Below, in pieces: positions 1 to 10,623 of a stretch of DNA of 64,000 bases. Where the stretch lies: NCBI GenBank assembly GCA_910584385.1, contig CAJUAK010000005.1:58870-122869 (forward strand). The letters run 5' to 3'. The position numbers and the translations under genes are program-made. Numbering within the stretch: position 1 is the first letter of the stretch; every line of letters starts with the position of its first letter. The notes below the pieces were generated by a model that had not been told where the DNA came from, made no database searches, and was given only the letters and a program-made list of their open reading frames with translations. The DNA comes from an uncultured Alphaproteobacteria bacterium (GTDB taxonomy: Bacteria; Pseudomonadota; Alphaproteobacteria; RF32; CAG-239).

Positions 1-1
1 A

Positions 2-658
2 TTGGGCGGCGATACGCTTCTTTTGAAATGCGACGTTTCCGATTCTGCCAGTGTTGAGGCATGTTTTAAGGAATTGGGCGAAAAATGGGGCAAGATTGAT
101 TTTGTTGTCCATGCGATTGCGTTTTCTGATAAGAACGAACTCAAAGGGCGCACGATTGATACCAGCCTGGATAACTTCCTGAACACGATGCATATTTCCT
201 GTTATTCTTTCTTGGAGGCATGCCGCTGCGCTTCTCCGATTATGAATGAAAACGGCGCGATTGTTACCTTGACTTATTTAGGGGGCGAACGCGTTTTGCC
301 AAACTATAACATTATGGGCGTTGCCAAAGCCGCGTTGGAAGCTTCCGTGCGCTATGCCGCTGCGGATATGGGCAGACAAGGCGTCCGCGTGAATGCGATT
401 TCTGCCGGGCCGATTAAGACATTGGCAGCTTCGGGAATCGGCGATTTCCGCAAAATTTTGCATTGGAATGAATTAAACGCTCCTCTGCGCCGCAATGTTA
501 CCCAGGAAGAAGTCGGCATGGCCGCTCTTGGCTTGCTCTCTGCTTGCGGAACTGGCATTACCGGCGAAGTTTTGCATGTTGACTGCGGTTACCATATCCA
601 GGGCATGCTGAATTTGGACAATGCTGAAGAAACCGGCAAAATGCTGGCGGAGCAATAA
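2..658 (+). CDS. fabI: enoyl-[acyl-carrier-protein] reductase FabI (5' partial, C-terminal ~218 aa)
   Basis: Translation contains the SDR/FabI core (VAKAALEASVRYAAADMG...VRVNAISAGPIKTLAASGI). The ORF runs off the window start. Stop TAA at 656-658. Confidence 0.85.
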   Translation: MGGDTLLLKCDVSDSASVEACFKELGEKWGKIDFVVHAIAFSDKNELKGRTIDTSLDNFLNTMHISCYSFLEACRCASPIMNENGAIVTLTYLGGERVLPNYNIMGVAKAALEASVRYAAADMGRQGVRVNAISAGPIKTLAASGIGDFRKILHWNELNAPLRRNVTQEEVGMAALGLLSACGTGITGEVLHVDCGYHIQGMLNLDNAEETGKMLAEQ

Positions 659-700
659 TAACTCTTTCTTTTTGATTGAGACTTTCAAAAAAAAGATTAA

Positions 701-736
701 AATACGGGGCAACTTTATGTTGTTCCGTATTTTTTA
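701..736 (+). terminator. putative intrinsic terminator after fabI
   Basis: Inverted repeat aatacgg/ccgtatt (7 bp stem, long loop) followed by a T-run. It lies inside the 5' extension of the 676 ORF, which argues for the ATG at 748 as the sppA start. Confidence 0.35.
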
Positions 737-747
737 TGGTGGTTAAA

Positions 748-2499
748 ATGGAAACAAAATCCAGGGCTTCATCTTTTAGAATATTAATCAAATCTGCCGT
801 CTGGGCTTTTGCAATTGTCGGATTATTGGCGATATTGCTTTTGTTTTCCCTTGTCAGCCTGGTTAAAAGCGAGATGGGCTCCAAAGCCGCCAAGCTTCCG
901 GACAGGTTTGTTTTGGCGGTTAATTTGGATGCCGAATATTCAGAAGTCCGGGGCGACAGCCTGCTTCATGAATTGGCAGAGGTTAAAGGCTTTTCTTTTT
1001 ATGATTTGACAAAGAGTTTAAAAAATGCGGCTCAGGATACGCGCGTTGCCGCTATTTACCTTAAAGTGGGCGAAACGGGGCTCGGCCTGGCGCAGATTCA
1101 GGAAATCCGCAAATTGCTGGCATTGTTTAAGGCGTCTGGCAAAAATATTTATGCTTATTCTTCATCATTTGGGCATTTGGGTGCGGGAAATGATGAATAT
1201 TATCTTGTATCGCAGGCCGACAAGATTGTTTTAATGCCGGGAGGCGAACTCGGCTTGACGGGGTTATCTGTTGAAATTCCTTTTGCCAAAGGATTGTTGG
1301 ATAAAATAGGGGTAACGCCGGAATTTTATGCCCGTTATGAATATAAAAACGCATATGCGTCCTTTACGGAAGCGGAAATGCCTAAGGAAATGCGCCGCGA
1401 TTTTACAAAACTTGCTGATAATTTATGGCGCCAGATTATCCAAGATGTTGCCGAGGATAGAAACATTAAGGAAGCGGCTTTGCAAAAATTGGCAGACAAG
1501 GCACCGCTTGTTTGCCGGGAAGCCTTGGAAAACGGCTTGGTTGACGATTGCGGTTCGGAGGAAGATTTTGCCTTTTCTTTTTTGAAGGAGCTTGATGCCG
1601 AAATGGTGCCTCTTGAAGCTTATGCGGCGCAGCCTGTTTTGGCCAAGGATAAAATCGCCTTACTCAGTATGGAAGGCGTTATTGACAGCGGTTTAAGCTC
1701 AGCGAACCCTCTTGGCGGCGATGCGGTTATCGGGGCGGAATCAGTCAAAGCGCAGCTTGATGATTTGAAAAGCCTGGAAAACCTGAAGGCTGTTGTTATC
1801 CGCATTAACTCTCCCGGCGGCGATTATGCTGCGGCGAAAGAAATTTGGCAGGCCTTGATGGCTTTTAAGCAGCGCGAAGCTGTTCCTGTTTTGATTTCTA
1901 TGGGAAATTACGCGGCATCCGGCGGTTATTTTATCGCTTTGGCGGGAGACAGGATTTATGCAGATGAAGCAACGGTTACGGGATCTGTCGGCGTGGTTGG
2001 CGGCAAGCCTGTCTTGGAAAAGCTGTGGAAGAAACTCGGTGTGAACTGGTCTGCGGTCAATACCGGGAAAAATGCGGGTATCTCAAGCATCAATAGAGAT
2101 TTTTCATTAAACGAAAAACAATTGTTTAACAAAATATTAGATAATATATATTCAGATTTTACATTAATTGTTTCGCAGCAGCGGCACCTGACGCTTCAAG
2201 AAGTTGACAAGCTGGCGCGCGGGCGTGTATGGCTTGGCGATGAAGCTGTTAAAAACGGTCTGGCAGACGCTTTAGGCGGCTTAAACGATGTTTTGGAAGC
2301 GGCCGGTTCTGACAAAGCTGAAATTGTTTACTATCCGAAAGCAAAAACTTTTACCGAAAAATTACAGGATGTTTTGGGCGGCAGCCAGGATTTGGCAATT
2401 AATCAGCTGAAAAATAATTTTGCTGTTGAATTTGGCAGCGTAAATATGTTAAACAGACTTAATTATAATTTAATTTTATGGCCTTTTGTAATCAGATAA
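748..2499 (+). CDS. sppA: signal peptide peptidase SppA (67K type, two S49 domains)
   Basis: Motifs VIRINSPGGDYAAAKEIWQAL and SMGNYAASGGYFIALAGDRIYADEATVTGSVGVV, plus an N-terminal TM helix. Start chosen at ATG 748 after GGTGG; ORF track start 676 is possible. Confidence 0.85.
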   Translation: METKSRASSFRILIKSAVWAFAIVGLLAILLLFSLVSLVKSEMGSKAAKLPDRFVLAVNLDAEYSEVRGDSLLHELAEVKGFSFYDLTKSLKNAAQDTRVAAIYLKVGETGLGLAQIQEIRKLLALFKASGKNIYAYSSSFGHLGAGNDEYYLVSQADKIVLMPGGELGLTGLSVEIPFAKGLLDKIGVTPEFYARYEYKNAYASFTEAEMPKEMRRDFTKLADNLWRQIIQDVAEDRNIKEAALQKLADKAPLVCREALENGLVDDCGSEEDFAFSFLKELDAEMVPLEAYAAQPVLAKDKIALLSMEGVIDSGLSSANPLGGDAVIGAESVKAQLDDLKSLENLKAVVIRINSPGGDYAAAKEIWQALMAFKQREAVPVLISMGNYAASGGYFIALAGDRIYADEATVTGSVGVVGGKPVLEKLWKKLGVNWSAVNTGKNAGISSINRDFSLNEKQLFNKILDNIYSDFTLIVSQQRHLTLQEVDKLARGRVWLGDEAVKNGLADALGGLNDVLEAAGSDKAEIVYYPKAKTFTEKLQDVLGGSQDLAINQLKNNFAVEFGSVNMLNRLNYNLILWPFVIR

Positions 2500-2509
2500 G
2501 GAAATAAAC

Positions 2510-2797
2510 ATGGCAATTGATAATGAAACCGTGCGGCGGATTGCTTTTTTGTCGCGCTTGAAAATCGAGGATGACAAATTAGCGGCAACTGAAGAAGAAT
2601 TTAATAAAATTCTGCATTGGGTTGAGGATTTGAACGAAGTAAATACGGATAACGTGGAACCGCTTGTTTCCGTTAACGAGAATAATCTGACCCTGCGCCA
2701 GGATGCGGTTACGGATGGCAACCAAGTGGAGGCTGTGCTTAGAAATGCGCCTCAAAAAGAATATGACTATTTTGTTGTTCCTAAAGTGGTTGAATAG
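2510..2797 (+). CDS. gatC: Asp/Glu-tRNA amidotransferase subunit C
   Basis: 95-aa protein with [15 protein letters not shown]...[21 protein letters not shown], characteristic of GatC. Sits immediately upstream of gatA/gatB. RBS aaggaaat. Confidence 0.85.
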   Translation: MAIDNETVRRIAFLSRLKIEDDKLAATEEEFNKILHWVEDLNEVNTDNVEPLVSVNENNLTLRQDAVTDGNQVEAVLRNAPQKEYDYFVVPKVVE

Positions 2798-2811
2798 GCA
2801 AGGGGGATAAG

Positions 2812-4269
2812 ATGACAGATTTAACAAAATTGACGCTTGCTGAAGCCAGAAAAGGTCTGAAAAACAAAGAATTTAGCGCGGTTGAGCTTACAAAGGCCTA
2901 TATTGCCAAAATGGATGCCGATCGCGATTTGAATGCTTATGTCTGCGAAGTTCCGGAAAAAGCTTTGGCTCAGGCTGAAAAAAGCCAGGAAAAGATTAAT
3001 AACGGCACAGCAGGCGAGATGGAAGGCCTGCCGCTGGGCATTAAGGATTTGTTCTGCACGAAAGACATTCCGACCACGGCTTGTTCAAGCATTCTGAAAG
3101 GGTTTGTCCCTCCTTATGAGTCTACGGTTACCTCAAAGCTTAAAGAAGCCGGAGCGGTTTTCTTGGGCAAGCTGAACCTGGATGAATTTGCCATGGGCGG
3201 CAGCAATGAAACTTCTGCTTTCGGCCCGGTGGTTAATCCGTGGAAAAAAGAACGCAGATTGGTTGCCGGCGGTTCTTCCGGCGGTTCTGCGGCGGCTGTT
3301 GCGGCGGATATGTGCGCGGCAGCAACCGGAACAGATACCGGAGGGTCAATCCGCCAGCCGGCTGCATTTTGCGGCGTTACCGGCATTAAGCCGACTTATG
3401 GGCGTTGCTCCCGCTATGGCATTATTGCCTTTGCTTCTTCCCTTGACCAGGCAGGGCCGATTGCCAAAGATGTGCGCGACTGTGCGATTATGCTTAAAAC
3501 AATGTCAGGGTATGATGCCAAAGATTCAACTTCTGCGAATTGCCCTGTTCCGGATTTTGAAAAATTTCTTCATCAGGATATCCGCGGGTTAAAAATCGGT
3601 ATCCCGGCAGAATACCGTCCGGAAGGGTTAAACAGTGAAATTGCCGCCCTTTGGGATAAAGGTATTGATATGCTCAAAGCCAGAGGTGCGGAAATTGTTT
3701 CCATTTCTCTGCCGCATACCAAATATGCCCTGGCAACTTATTATATTATTGCGCCGGCGGAGGCTTCCTCAAACCTTGCGCGTTATGATGGTCTGCGTTA
3801 CGGCAACAGGATAAACGGAACGCATTTGGACGATATGTATATTAATTCCCGTACGGCAGGTTTTGGCAAAGAGGTCAAACGTCGGATTATGATTGGCACT
3901 TATGTGCTTTCCGCTGGGTACTATGACGCTTATTATCTGAAAGCGCAGAAAGTCCGCCGCCTGATAAGGGAAGATTTCTTGAAGGCCTTTGAAAAATGCG
4001 ATGTGATTTTGACGCCGACGGCGCCGACAGCCGCTTTTCCGATTGGCGACAAGTCAATGCAGGAAAACCCGATAACGATGTGGCTGAACGATATTTTCAC
4101 CGTGTCTGTCAATTTGGCGGGGCTGCCGGCAATGAGCCTTCCTGCGGGGTTGAATAAGGACGGCCTGCCTTTAGGGCTGCAGCTTATCGGCCGGTCTTTT
4201 GATGAGGAGACATTGTTTAAGGCGGCATCAGCTTTGGAAGAAGATATTAATTTTAAGGGGATGAAGTAA
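2812..4269 (+). CDS. gatA: Asp/Glu-tRNA amidotransferase subunit A (amidase signature)
   Basis: Amidase signature [13 protein letters not shown] and the Ser-cisSer-Lys context. 485 aa. Confidence 0.95.
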   Translation: MTDLTKLTLAEARKGLKNKEFSAVELTKAYIAKMDADRDLNAYVCEVPEKALAQAEKSQEKINNGTAGEMEGLPLGIKDLFCTKDIPTTACSSILKGFVPPYESTVTSKLKEAGAVFLGKLNLDEFAMGGSNETSAFGPVVNPWKKERRLVAGGSSGGSAAAVAADMCAAATGTDTGGSIRQPAAFCGVTGIKPTYGRCSRYGIIAFASSLDQAGPIAKDVRDCAIMLKTMSGYDAKDSTSANCPVPDFEKFLHQDIRGLKIGIPAEYRPEGLNSEIAALWDKGIDMLKARGAEIVSISLPHTKYALATYYIIAPAEASSNLARYDGLRYGNRINGTHLDDMYINSRTAGFGKEVKRRIMIGTYVLSAGYYDAYYLKAQKVRRLIREDFLKAFEKCDVILTPTAPTAAFPIGDKSMQENPITMWLNDIFTVSVNLAGLPAMSLPAGLNKDGLPLGLQLIGRSFDEETLFKAASALEEDINFKGMK

Positions 4270-4270
4270 G

Positions 4271-5728
4271 ATGAGCGGCTTGATATTAGAAGGAAAAACC
4301 GGAAAGTGGGAAGTTATCTGCGGCGTGGAAATCCATTGCCAGATTATCTCGAAATCTAAGATATTTTCAGGCGCTTCTACGCATTATGGCTCTGATCCCA
4401 ATCAGAATGTGGCGTTTATTGATGCCGGCATGCCGGGAATGTTGCCGAGCCTGAATGAAGAATGTGTCCATCAGGCGGTTAAGACCGGTTTGGGATTAAA
4501 CGCGAAAATTAATAAATATTCCGAATTTTCAAGAAAAAATTATTTTTATGCCGATTTGCCGCAAGGGTATCAGATTACCCAATTCAGATATCCGATTGTC
4601 GGCGAGGGGACGGTTACGATTTCTTTGCCGGACGGCAGCACGAAAGATATCGGCATTGAGCGTATGCACATTGAGCAGGATGCCGGAAAATCCATTCATG
4701 ATATGGCGCCGGACAAGAGCTTTATTGATTTGAACCGTGCCGGCGTGGGCTTAATGGAAATTGTAACCAAGCCTGATTTTCGCGCGCCGGAAGAAGTTGG
4801 CGCTTTCTTGCGCAAGCTGCGTTCTATTTTGCGTTATCTGGAAACCTGCGACGGCAATATGGACGAAGGCTCTATGCGCTGCGACGTGAATGTTTCTGTC
4901 CGCAAATTGGGAGAAGAAGGCTTTCGTACCCGTTGCGAGATGAAAAACGTGAACTCTGTCAAATTTGTAATGCAGGCGATTGAAAATGAAGCCCGCCGCC
5001 ATGTGGAAGTTTATGAAAGCGGTGGCGAAATTGTTCAGGAAACACGGAAATTTGATGCTTTGAGCGGGCAAACCAAGCCCATGCGCAAGAAAGAATTTGC
5101 CCATGATTACCGTTATTTTCCGGAACCGGACCTTTTGCCTTTGGTTTTGGATGATGAGTATATCAACAGAATCAAGTCTGAAATGGTTGAGCTTCCCGAT
5201 GCGAAAATGGCGCGTTATGTCAAAGATTTAGGCTTAACGCCTTATGATGCTTCTGTTATTTGCGAAAATAAGGAAGTGGCTGCATTTTATGAAAAAGCGG
5301 CCAAAGGGCATGATGCGAAAAAAGTGGCAAACTGGCTGATGGGCGATTTCTTTGCAATGCTTAACGAGAAAAAGCTAGAGCTTAAAGATTCTCCGATTTC
5401 TGCCGAAAACCTGGGGCGTTTGGTTGAACTGGTAACAACCAATGTTATCAACGGCAAAACCGCCAAGGATGTTTTTGCCCTGATGGCGGAGACAGGGGAT
5501 AATCCTGAGAAAATCGTTGAGGAAAAAGGCTTGAAGCAGGTTACGGATACAGGGGCGATTGAAGCGGTTATTGATGAAGTAATTGCCGCGAACCCGGATA
5601 ATGTGGCCGCTTATCGTGCCGGCAAGACAGCCCTCATGGGTTGGTTTGTGGGGCAGGTGATGAAGGCCTCCAAAGGAAAAGCCAATCCGGGGATGGTTAA
5701 CCAGTTGTTGTCTAAAAAACTCGTTTAG
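4271..5728 (+). CDS. gatB: Asp/Glu-tRNA amidotransferase subunit B
   Basis: N-terminus [13 protein letters not shown]...MPGMLP and C-terminal GatB/YqeY tail. 485 aa. Start overlaps the gatA stop. Confidence 0.95.
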   Translation: MSGLILEGKTGKWEVICGVEIHCQIISKSKIFSGASTHYGSDPNQNVAFIDAGMPGMLPSLNEECVHQAVKTGLGLNAKINKYSEFSRKNYFYADLPQGYQITQFRYPIVGEGTVTISLPDGSTKDIGIERMHIEQDAGKSIHDMAPDKSFIDLNRAGVGLMEIVTKPDFRAPEEVGAFLRKLRSILRYLETCDGNMDEGSMRCDVNVSVRKLGEEGFRTRCEMKNVNSVKFVMQAIENEARRHVEVYESGGEIVQETRKFDALSGQTKPMRKKEFAHDYRYFPEPDLLPLVLDDEYINRIKSEMVELPDAKMARYVKDLGLTPYDASVICENKEVAAFYEKAAKGHDAKKVANWLMGDFFAMLNEKKLELKDSPISAENLGRLVELVTTNVINGKTAKDVFALMAETGDNPEKIVEEKGLKQVTDTGAIEAVIDEVIAANPDNVAAYRAGKTALMGWFVGQVMKASKGKANPGMVNQLLSKKLV

Positions 5729-5958
5729 CGCTCCATTCAGGGCAATTTAATACGGGCGAAGAAAGCTTATATATAAAAGTTTTCTCCGCCTTTAAATTAG
5801 TAAGATTAAACAAATTTTTTATTGGTGTATGTGTTTTTGAATTCCCTTTTGTAAATTCCATTTTGGGGGTGGGGAGTTATTTAGAAGGGACAGCGTAAAA
5901 TATCCGGGCTTGATGCGCGGAGTTAAGCTGATTTAAAAAGGTATTAAAAAACGCCCGG

Positions 5959-6408
5959 CTATTGTATGTTATCCAGAATCTGATGTCTGACGATGTCGCC
6001 GACATGGATGTTATGTTTGTCGGCTTGTCCGGCGTTTAATTCTATTACGGCGCGGCTTTTAACATCTTCTCCCAGAATCTGTTCTGATTCCGGCGTGGTG
6101 TTTTTGATTACCTGATTGATCGTGCCGTCTGTGCCCACAAAAATCATATCCAGGGAAATGTATGTGTTTTTCATCCACATCACGATGGGGCGGGGCGGAT
6201 TGACATTAAAAATCATCCCGTGGTTTTCAGGCATGGATTTGCGGTACATCAGCCCTTTTTGCAGCTCTTCGGGCGTGGTTGCCGTTTCGACCTTGTAAGT
6301 AACCGAGCCGCTGTGCGTTTCTATAATCAAATCGCTGTATTTGGCATCGTTTTCGGATGAGCAGCCAAAAGCGAATAAAATAAAGGCAAAAGAAATAAGT
6401 TTTTTCAT
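5959..6408 (-). CDS. DUF192 (COG1430) family lipoprotein
   Basis: DUF192 hallmark MWMKNTYISLDMIF plus GLMYRKSMPENHGMIF. Lipoprotein signal MKKLISFAFILFAFGCS. Start moved to ATG 6408 (GGAGAA RBS); the track start at 6447 is an extension. Confidence 0.75.
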   Translation of the reverse strand: MKKLISFAFILFAFGCSSENDAKYSDLIIETHSGSVTYKVETATTPEELQKGLMYRKSMPENHGMIFNVNPPRPIVMWMKNTYISLDMIFVGTDGTINQVIKNTTPESEQILGEDVKSRAVIELNAGQADKHNIHVGDIVRHQILDNIQ

Positions 6409-6425
6409 TATTGTTTTCTCCTTGC

Positions 6426-6959
6426 TTATAATTTTCTGGGGGTCCATTTGGAAACAATGACCGGGCCGTTTTGCGAGATGAGGATTTTTTTGCCTTCTTT
6501 TGCCATAACCGGACGGTCTTCGCTTACATGTTTGGCAACCCTGAACCCTTTGGTCATTTGTTGAAGCGTAACGGCATTCTTTTTGCCGCTGACATAATAT
6601 TCTTCATGGGAGGTTTTTGTTTTAACAAGGTCTCCCAGGTCGCGAAGGCTCAAAGATGCGTATTTTTTCCAAATGGCTTCAAGAAATAAATTTATTTTTT
6701 TTTCAAATCTGGGTTCGGGGAAGTCCGGGCAGCCCATTGTTGCCATCTTGGCAATTGCCGGTTCAAAAAAGCCGTCCCTGCCGCAAATGAAAATGCTCGG
6801 CATCAGCATTGCTTCGCTGTTGCTGATTGCGTAATGGACCTGGGAGAGGAACAATAAGTGCTGCAGCCGTTCGTGTTCCAGATACAGGCCTTGCGATTTT
6901 GCCTTTTGGCAAAACCAGCCGGCCACATCAAGGGCGGAATCTGTTTGAGGCGTGTTCAT
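6426..6959 (-). CDS. Panacea-domain (DUF4065, SocA/GepA-like) protein with C-terminal extension
   Basis: N-terminus MNTPQTDSALDVAGWFCQKAKSQG...LQHLLFLSQ resembles the Panacea antitoxin-type domain. About 65 extra C-terminal residues of unknown function. Confidence 0.5.
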   Translation of the reverse strand: MNTPQTDSALDVAGWFCQKAKSQGLYLEHERLQHLLFLSQVHYAISNSEAMLMPSIFICGRDGFFEPAIAKMATMGCPDFPEPRFEKKINLFLEAIWKKYASLSLRDLGDLVKTKTSHEEYYVSGKKNAVTLQQMTKGFRVAKHVSEDRPVMAKEGKKILISQNGPVIVSKWTPRKL

Positions 6960-7118
6960 CCTGTTTCTCCAGAATATTGTTTTGATTTATTATAATTTAA
7001 TTATTTATAAAAACAAACACAAAATTATTTATGCAGATTTTATTTTTTGTCTTGTGTTATGAGTTTTATTATTATATCAATATAACAAATTGTATTGTTA
7101 TTTTTTAGGGTTTTGATT

Positions 7119-7880
7119 ATGTCTTTGCTTAAAAATGTTTGTGTCCCGGTTTTGTTTTCAGCAGCTCTGAGCGCTTGTACATCTGCGGTTTTTCCTGACG
7201 TTATCGAGGATGAGCAGGCCAGTGTCAGCGGCAGGATAACCGCGGAAGATTCACAGGCGGCTGCCGGAAAATCAAAAATTGTCCACCAGATGCCGAAGGA
7301 AGGCTCTGTTTTAACGGGCGATAAGCAAAATGTGTCTTATGAAGACGACGAAGAAGTAAAGCCGCTTGCAAACAAAACAGAAGAAGTTTTGGAAGACAAG
7401 CCCGTTGCCGCCAAAACTGTTCCTGTCGTTAAAGAAGAGGCGCCTAAAAAGGCTGAAGCCGAAAAGGTTGAGGAAAGGGCGCCGTCAATGGACGTTTTGA
7501 ACGAAGATGAGGTTCAGCCCAGCATTAGCTACCGTGCCGAAACGATTTATTTTGAAAACGGCAGCGCTGTTGTCGATGCTTCATATAACGCTTCGCTGCG
7601 CCGCATTGTAAAAGAAGCTAAAGCCAATAACGCAAAGGTAAGAGTTTTGGGCTATGCTTCCAGCCGGACACGCAATACGGATGCCGTTACCCATAAACTG
7701 GCTAATTTCAAAATTTCGTCCGAACGTGCCCAGAATGTTGCAAATGCATTGCGCAGAGCCGGATTAAAGGCGGATATGATTGAAGTGGAAGCCCTTTCCG
7801 ATTCCGCTCCGGTCTATCAGGAAGTTATGCCTGAAGGGGAGAGGCTGAACCGCAGGGCGGAAATTTATATCGCTTATTAA
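7119..7880 (+). CDS. OmpA-family lipoprotein (peptidoglycan-associating C-terminal domain)
   Basis: Lipobox LSAC after a signal peptide. C-terminus ETIYFENGSAVVDASYNASL...NRRAEIYIAY is OmpA_C-like. Acidic/Lys-rich linker in the middle. Confidence 0.7.
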   Translation: MSLLKNVCVPVLFSAALSACTSAVFPDVIEDEQASVSGRITAEDSQAAAGKSKIVHQMPKEGSVLTGDKQNVSYEDDEEVKPLANKTEEVLEDKPVAAKTVPVVKEEAPKKAEAEKVEERAPSMDVLNEDEVQPSISYRAETIYFENGSAVVDASYNASLRRIVKEAKANNAKVRVLGYASSRTRNTDAVTHKLANFKISSERAQNVANALRRAGLKADMIEVEALSDSAPVYQEVMPEGERLNRRAEIYIAY

Positions 7881-7897
7881 TGCAGCTTGGTTTAGTT

Positions 7898-7944
7898 GAG
7901 GATTCCGCTCTGCTGCAAAATGCTTAAAGCGGAATCCTTTTTTA
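7898..7944 (+). terminator. rho-independent terminator
   Basis: gaggattccgct...agcggaatcc hairpin followed by TTTTTT. Confidence 0.6.
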
Positions 7945-7960
7945 TTATGACGGATTTAAT

Positions 7961-9718
7961 ATGGAAGAAGTAAAGTCTATCGGCGGAAATGTCTGGAAAT
8001 TTACCTGTTCAAATGAACGGAATGTCGAGCATATTGCCCAAAAGTTCGGAATTCCGTATCTTCTGGCGGCGATATTGAATAACCGCGGGCAAACGCCGGA
8101 AACAACAGAAGACTTTATTCATCCGAAGCTGAACAGGCTGCTTCCCGACCCGTTGGTCCTTAAGGATATGGACAAGGCTTCAGAAGCTATCGCCAATGCG
8201 GTTATGCAAAATAAGAAAATTGCGATTATCGGCGATTATGACGTGGACGGGGCAACATCTTCCTCTGTGATGCGCCTGTTTTTGGAATATTGCGGCGCGG
8301 CGCCGATGGTACATATTCCTGAACGGGATGAGGGCTACGGGCCGAGTATTCCCGCCGTGGATGAATTTTTGGCGGCAGGATGTGAAGTGTTGATTACGAC
8401 CGATTGCGGCACAACGGCTTTTGATGTTTTGGAATATGCGGCGGATAAGGGGTTGCAGGTGATTGTTATTGACCATCATGAAGCGGAAATCCGCCTGCCG
8501 AAAGTTTATGCCGTGGTGAACCCTAAAAGGCTGGACGATGACAGCGGGGTGCCTTATTTGAAATATATGGCGGCGGTTGGCGTGGTTTTTATTACGGTTG
8601 TGGCTGTTAACCGGGTTTTGCGCGAGAAGGGTTTTTATAAGAATCTGGCAGAGCCTAATTTGCTCCAATGGCTGGATTTGGTTGCTTTGGGGACAGTCTG
8701 TGATGTGGTGCCCCTGCTTGGCGTTAACCGTGCTTTTGTGCGCCAGGGTTTGAAGATTATGGCGGCGCGGCAAAATAACGGCTTGAAGACGCTGATTGAT
8801 AAATCCGGCGTCAGCGAAACGCCGGGCGCTTTTCATCTGGGTTTTGTCCTGGGGCCGCGGATTAACGCTTGCGGAAGGGTAGGAGATTCTTCGCTCGGGC
8901 ATAAGCTGCTTTGCTGTAAGGATGATTTTCAGGCATCCTTGCTGGCCGATAAACTTAATGAATTTAACGCTCAGCGTAAAGATATCGAATCTTATGTGCT
9001 TTTGCAGGCTATTGAAATTTTGGAGGGGACGCCTCAGGCCTATCCGATTGCTTTTGCCGCCGGCAAAGACTGGCATCAGGGCGTGGTCGGGATTGTTGCC
9101 GGAAAATTAAAGGAACGCTATAACCTGCCGGCTTTTGTCATGTCTATTGAAGCTGACGAGGTTAAAGGTTCGGCACGTTCTATTCCCGGAGTTGACTTGG
9201 GCGCGCTGATTATTGCCGCAAAGGAAAAAGGCCTGCTGACAAAAGGCGGCGGGCACACGATGGCCGCGGGGTTTTCTTTGGAAGAAAGCAAACTTGAGGA
9301 ATTTAAAGCCTTTGCAGGGCAGTATGTGGCTGATAAAATCGGCGATGAAGCGATTACGCCCGTGATTGAACTCGATGGTGCGCTGGATGCTGCCGGTGCA
9401 ACATGGAATTTGGCGGAAAGCCTGGAACTGTTGGAGCCTTTTGGCGCCGGGAACGCGGAACCAAAGCTGATGCTTTCCCGCGTGAGAATCAGCCGTCCCG
9501 GCCTGATTGGAAGCGGGCATGTCCGCTGCGTGCTGGTTTCTTCCGGCGGAGAATCTGTGAAAGCGGTTGCTTTCCGTTGCGCAGATAATGATGTCGGGAA
9601 AGCCTTGTTATGTGCCAAAGGCGAATTATATGACGTGGCAGGCGTCTTGCGCAAAGACACTTGGCAGGGACGCTGCAATGTGCAATTTTTGATAGATGAT
9701 ATCAGAAAAGCGGAGTAG
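7961..9718 (+). CDS. recJ: single-stranded-DNA-specific exonuclease RecJ
   Basis: DHH motifs IGDYDVDGATSS and VIDHHE, plus the DHHA1 region GGGHTMAAG. 585 aa. Confidence 0.9.
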   Translation: MEEVKSIGGNVWKFTCSNERNVEHIAQKFGIPYLLAAILNNRGQTPETTEDFIHPKLNRLLPDPLVLKDMDKASEAIANAVMQNKKIAIIGDYDVDGATSSSVMRLFLEYCGAAPMVHIPERDEGYGPSIPAVDEFLAAGCEVLITTDCGTTAFDVLEYAADKGLQVIVIDHHEAEIRLPKVYAVVNPKRLDDDSGVPYLKYMAAVGVVFITVVAVNRVLREKGFYKNLAEPNLLQWLDLVALGTVCDVVPLLGVNRAFVRQGLKIMAARQNNGLKTLIDKSGVSETPGAFHLGFVLGPRINACGRVGDSSLGHKLLCCKDDFQASLLADKLNEFNAQRKDIESYVLLQAIEILEGTPQAYPIAFAAGKDWHQGVVGIVAGKLKERYNLPAFVMSIEADEVKGSARSIPGVDLGALIIAAKEKGLLTKGGGHTMAAGFSLEESKLEEFKAFAGQYVADKIGDEAITPVIELDGALDAAGATWNLAESLELLEPFGAGNAEPKLMLSRVRISRPGLIGSGHVRCVLVSSGGESVKAVAFRCADNDVGKALLCAKGELYDVAGVLRKDTWQGRCNVQFLIDDIRKAE

Positions 9719-9729
9719 AGGTGAGGATT

Positions 9730-10431
9730 ATGGCAAAAAGCAAAGTCAAAAAAAGGGCAAAAAATATTAAGAAAATCAGGTTGGAAAAAGAAAAGGCCGT
9801 GTTTATGAAGCTGGGTTCCAAACTGCGGGCTTATTTGTTTACGGGCATATTGGTAACCGCTCCTGTGGCGATAACCTTTTATATGGCCTATAAGTTTATT
9901 TTCTGGGTTGACCGTTTTGTAAATAAAATGCTGCCGCCGTCTTTGCAGCTGGATGAGTTTTTGCCGATTACCATTCCGGGGTTGGGATTGATTATTCTTG
10001 TCATCGCGCTGATGCTGGTCGGCATGTTTGCCGCCGGGTTTATGGGCAAGTTCTTTTTGAGCCTTGGCGAGTGGATTGTTTATAAGATGCCCTTTGTTTC
10101 AAGTGTTTATTCTGTTCTAAAACAAATATTTGAGACATTTCTTTCAAGTAAAGCTCAAGCTTTTAACAAGGTGGTTATGTTGGAATATCCGCGCAAGGGA
10201 ATCTGGATTTTGGGATTTGTCAGTTCGGAAACCAAAGGCGAACCGCACCAGTATTTGGGCGGGGAAATGCTGAATGTGTTTATTCCGACAACGCCGAACC
10301 CGACATCCGGCTTTTTGATTTTTGTGCCGAAAGAAGATACAATCGAATTAAAAATGAGCGTTGAGGAAGGCATTAAGTTTGTTATTTCAGGAGGTTTGGT
10401 CGAGCCTGATATGAATAAAAAGAAAAAATAA
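9730..10431 (+). CDS. DUF502 (COG2928) family membrane protein
   Basis: TM helices followed by VVMLEYPRKGIWILGFV...FIPTTPNPTSGFLIFVPK, typical of DUF502. Confidence 0.7.
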   Translation: MAKSKVKKRAKNIKKIRLEKEKAVFMKLGSKLRAYLFTGILVTAPVAITFYMAYKFIFWVDRFVNKMLPPSLQLDEFLPITIPGLGLIILVIALMLVGMFAAGFMGKFFLSLGEWIVYKMPFVSSVYSVLKQIFETFLSSKAQAFNKVVMLEYPRKGIWILGFVSSETKGEPHQYLGGEMLNVFIPTTPNPTSGFLIFVPKEDTIELKMSVEEGIKFVISGGLVEPDMNKKKK

Positions 10432-10460
10432 TTTTTTTCACAGGCAGACTAAAAAAAGAC

Positions 10461-10489
10461 TTGATTAATTTATTAAAGTAGATTAAATC
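10461..10489 (+). promoter_or_regulatory. candidate sigma70 promoter for tRNA-Leu
   Basis: TTGATT, 17 nt spacer, TAAATC; ends about 20 nt upstream of the tRNA. Confidence 0.3.
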
Positions 10490-10509
10490 TAGCCATCAGT
10501 TAAACTGAT

Positions 10510-10596
10510 GCGGCCATGGCGGAATTGGTAGACGCGCAACCTTGAGGTGGTTGTGGGAGGTTTCCCGTGAAGGTTCAAGTCCTTTTGGCCGCACCA
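10510..10596 (+). tRNA. tRNA-Leu (anticodon GAG)
   Basis: Hand-folded cloverleaf. Acceptor gcggcca/tggccgc, anticodon stem caacc/ggttg with loop ttGAGgt, long variable arm, T-loop ttcaagt, CCA encoded. Confidence 0.85.
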
Positions 10597-10623
10597 CTCA
10601 TTTATCAGAAAGCAGGAGGGGGC

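Noticed and set aside
3182-3592. 136-aa ORF in alternative frame inside gatA
   Set aside because: It is fully nested in the gatA coding sequence, which has an unambiguous amidase signature. It is a frame shadow.
5729-5958. 230-bp gap after gatB as a candidate ncRNA (tmRNA/SRP/6S)
   Set aside because: I found no tRNA-like 3' end, no SRP domain IV motif and no convincing stable structure by eye. Most likely it holds only a weak terminator and promoter.
8180-9076. 298-aa ORF antisense to recJ (plus 9107-9678 antisense ORFs)
   Set aside because: It lies entirely within, and opposite to, a confidently identified recJ. The amino-acid composition is Arg/His/Gln-rich and domain-less, as expected of a shadow ORF.
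10567-10623. Track start of the mgtE ORF at 10567
   Set aside because: It begins inside tRNA-Leu. ATG 10624 has an AGGAGGG RBS and gives a normal MgtE N-terminus.
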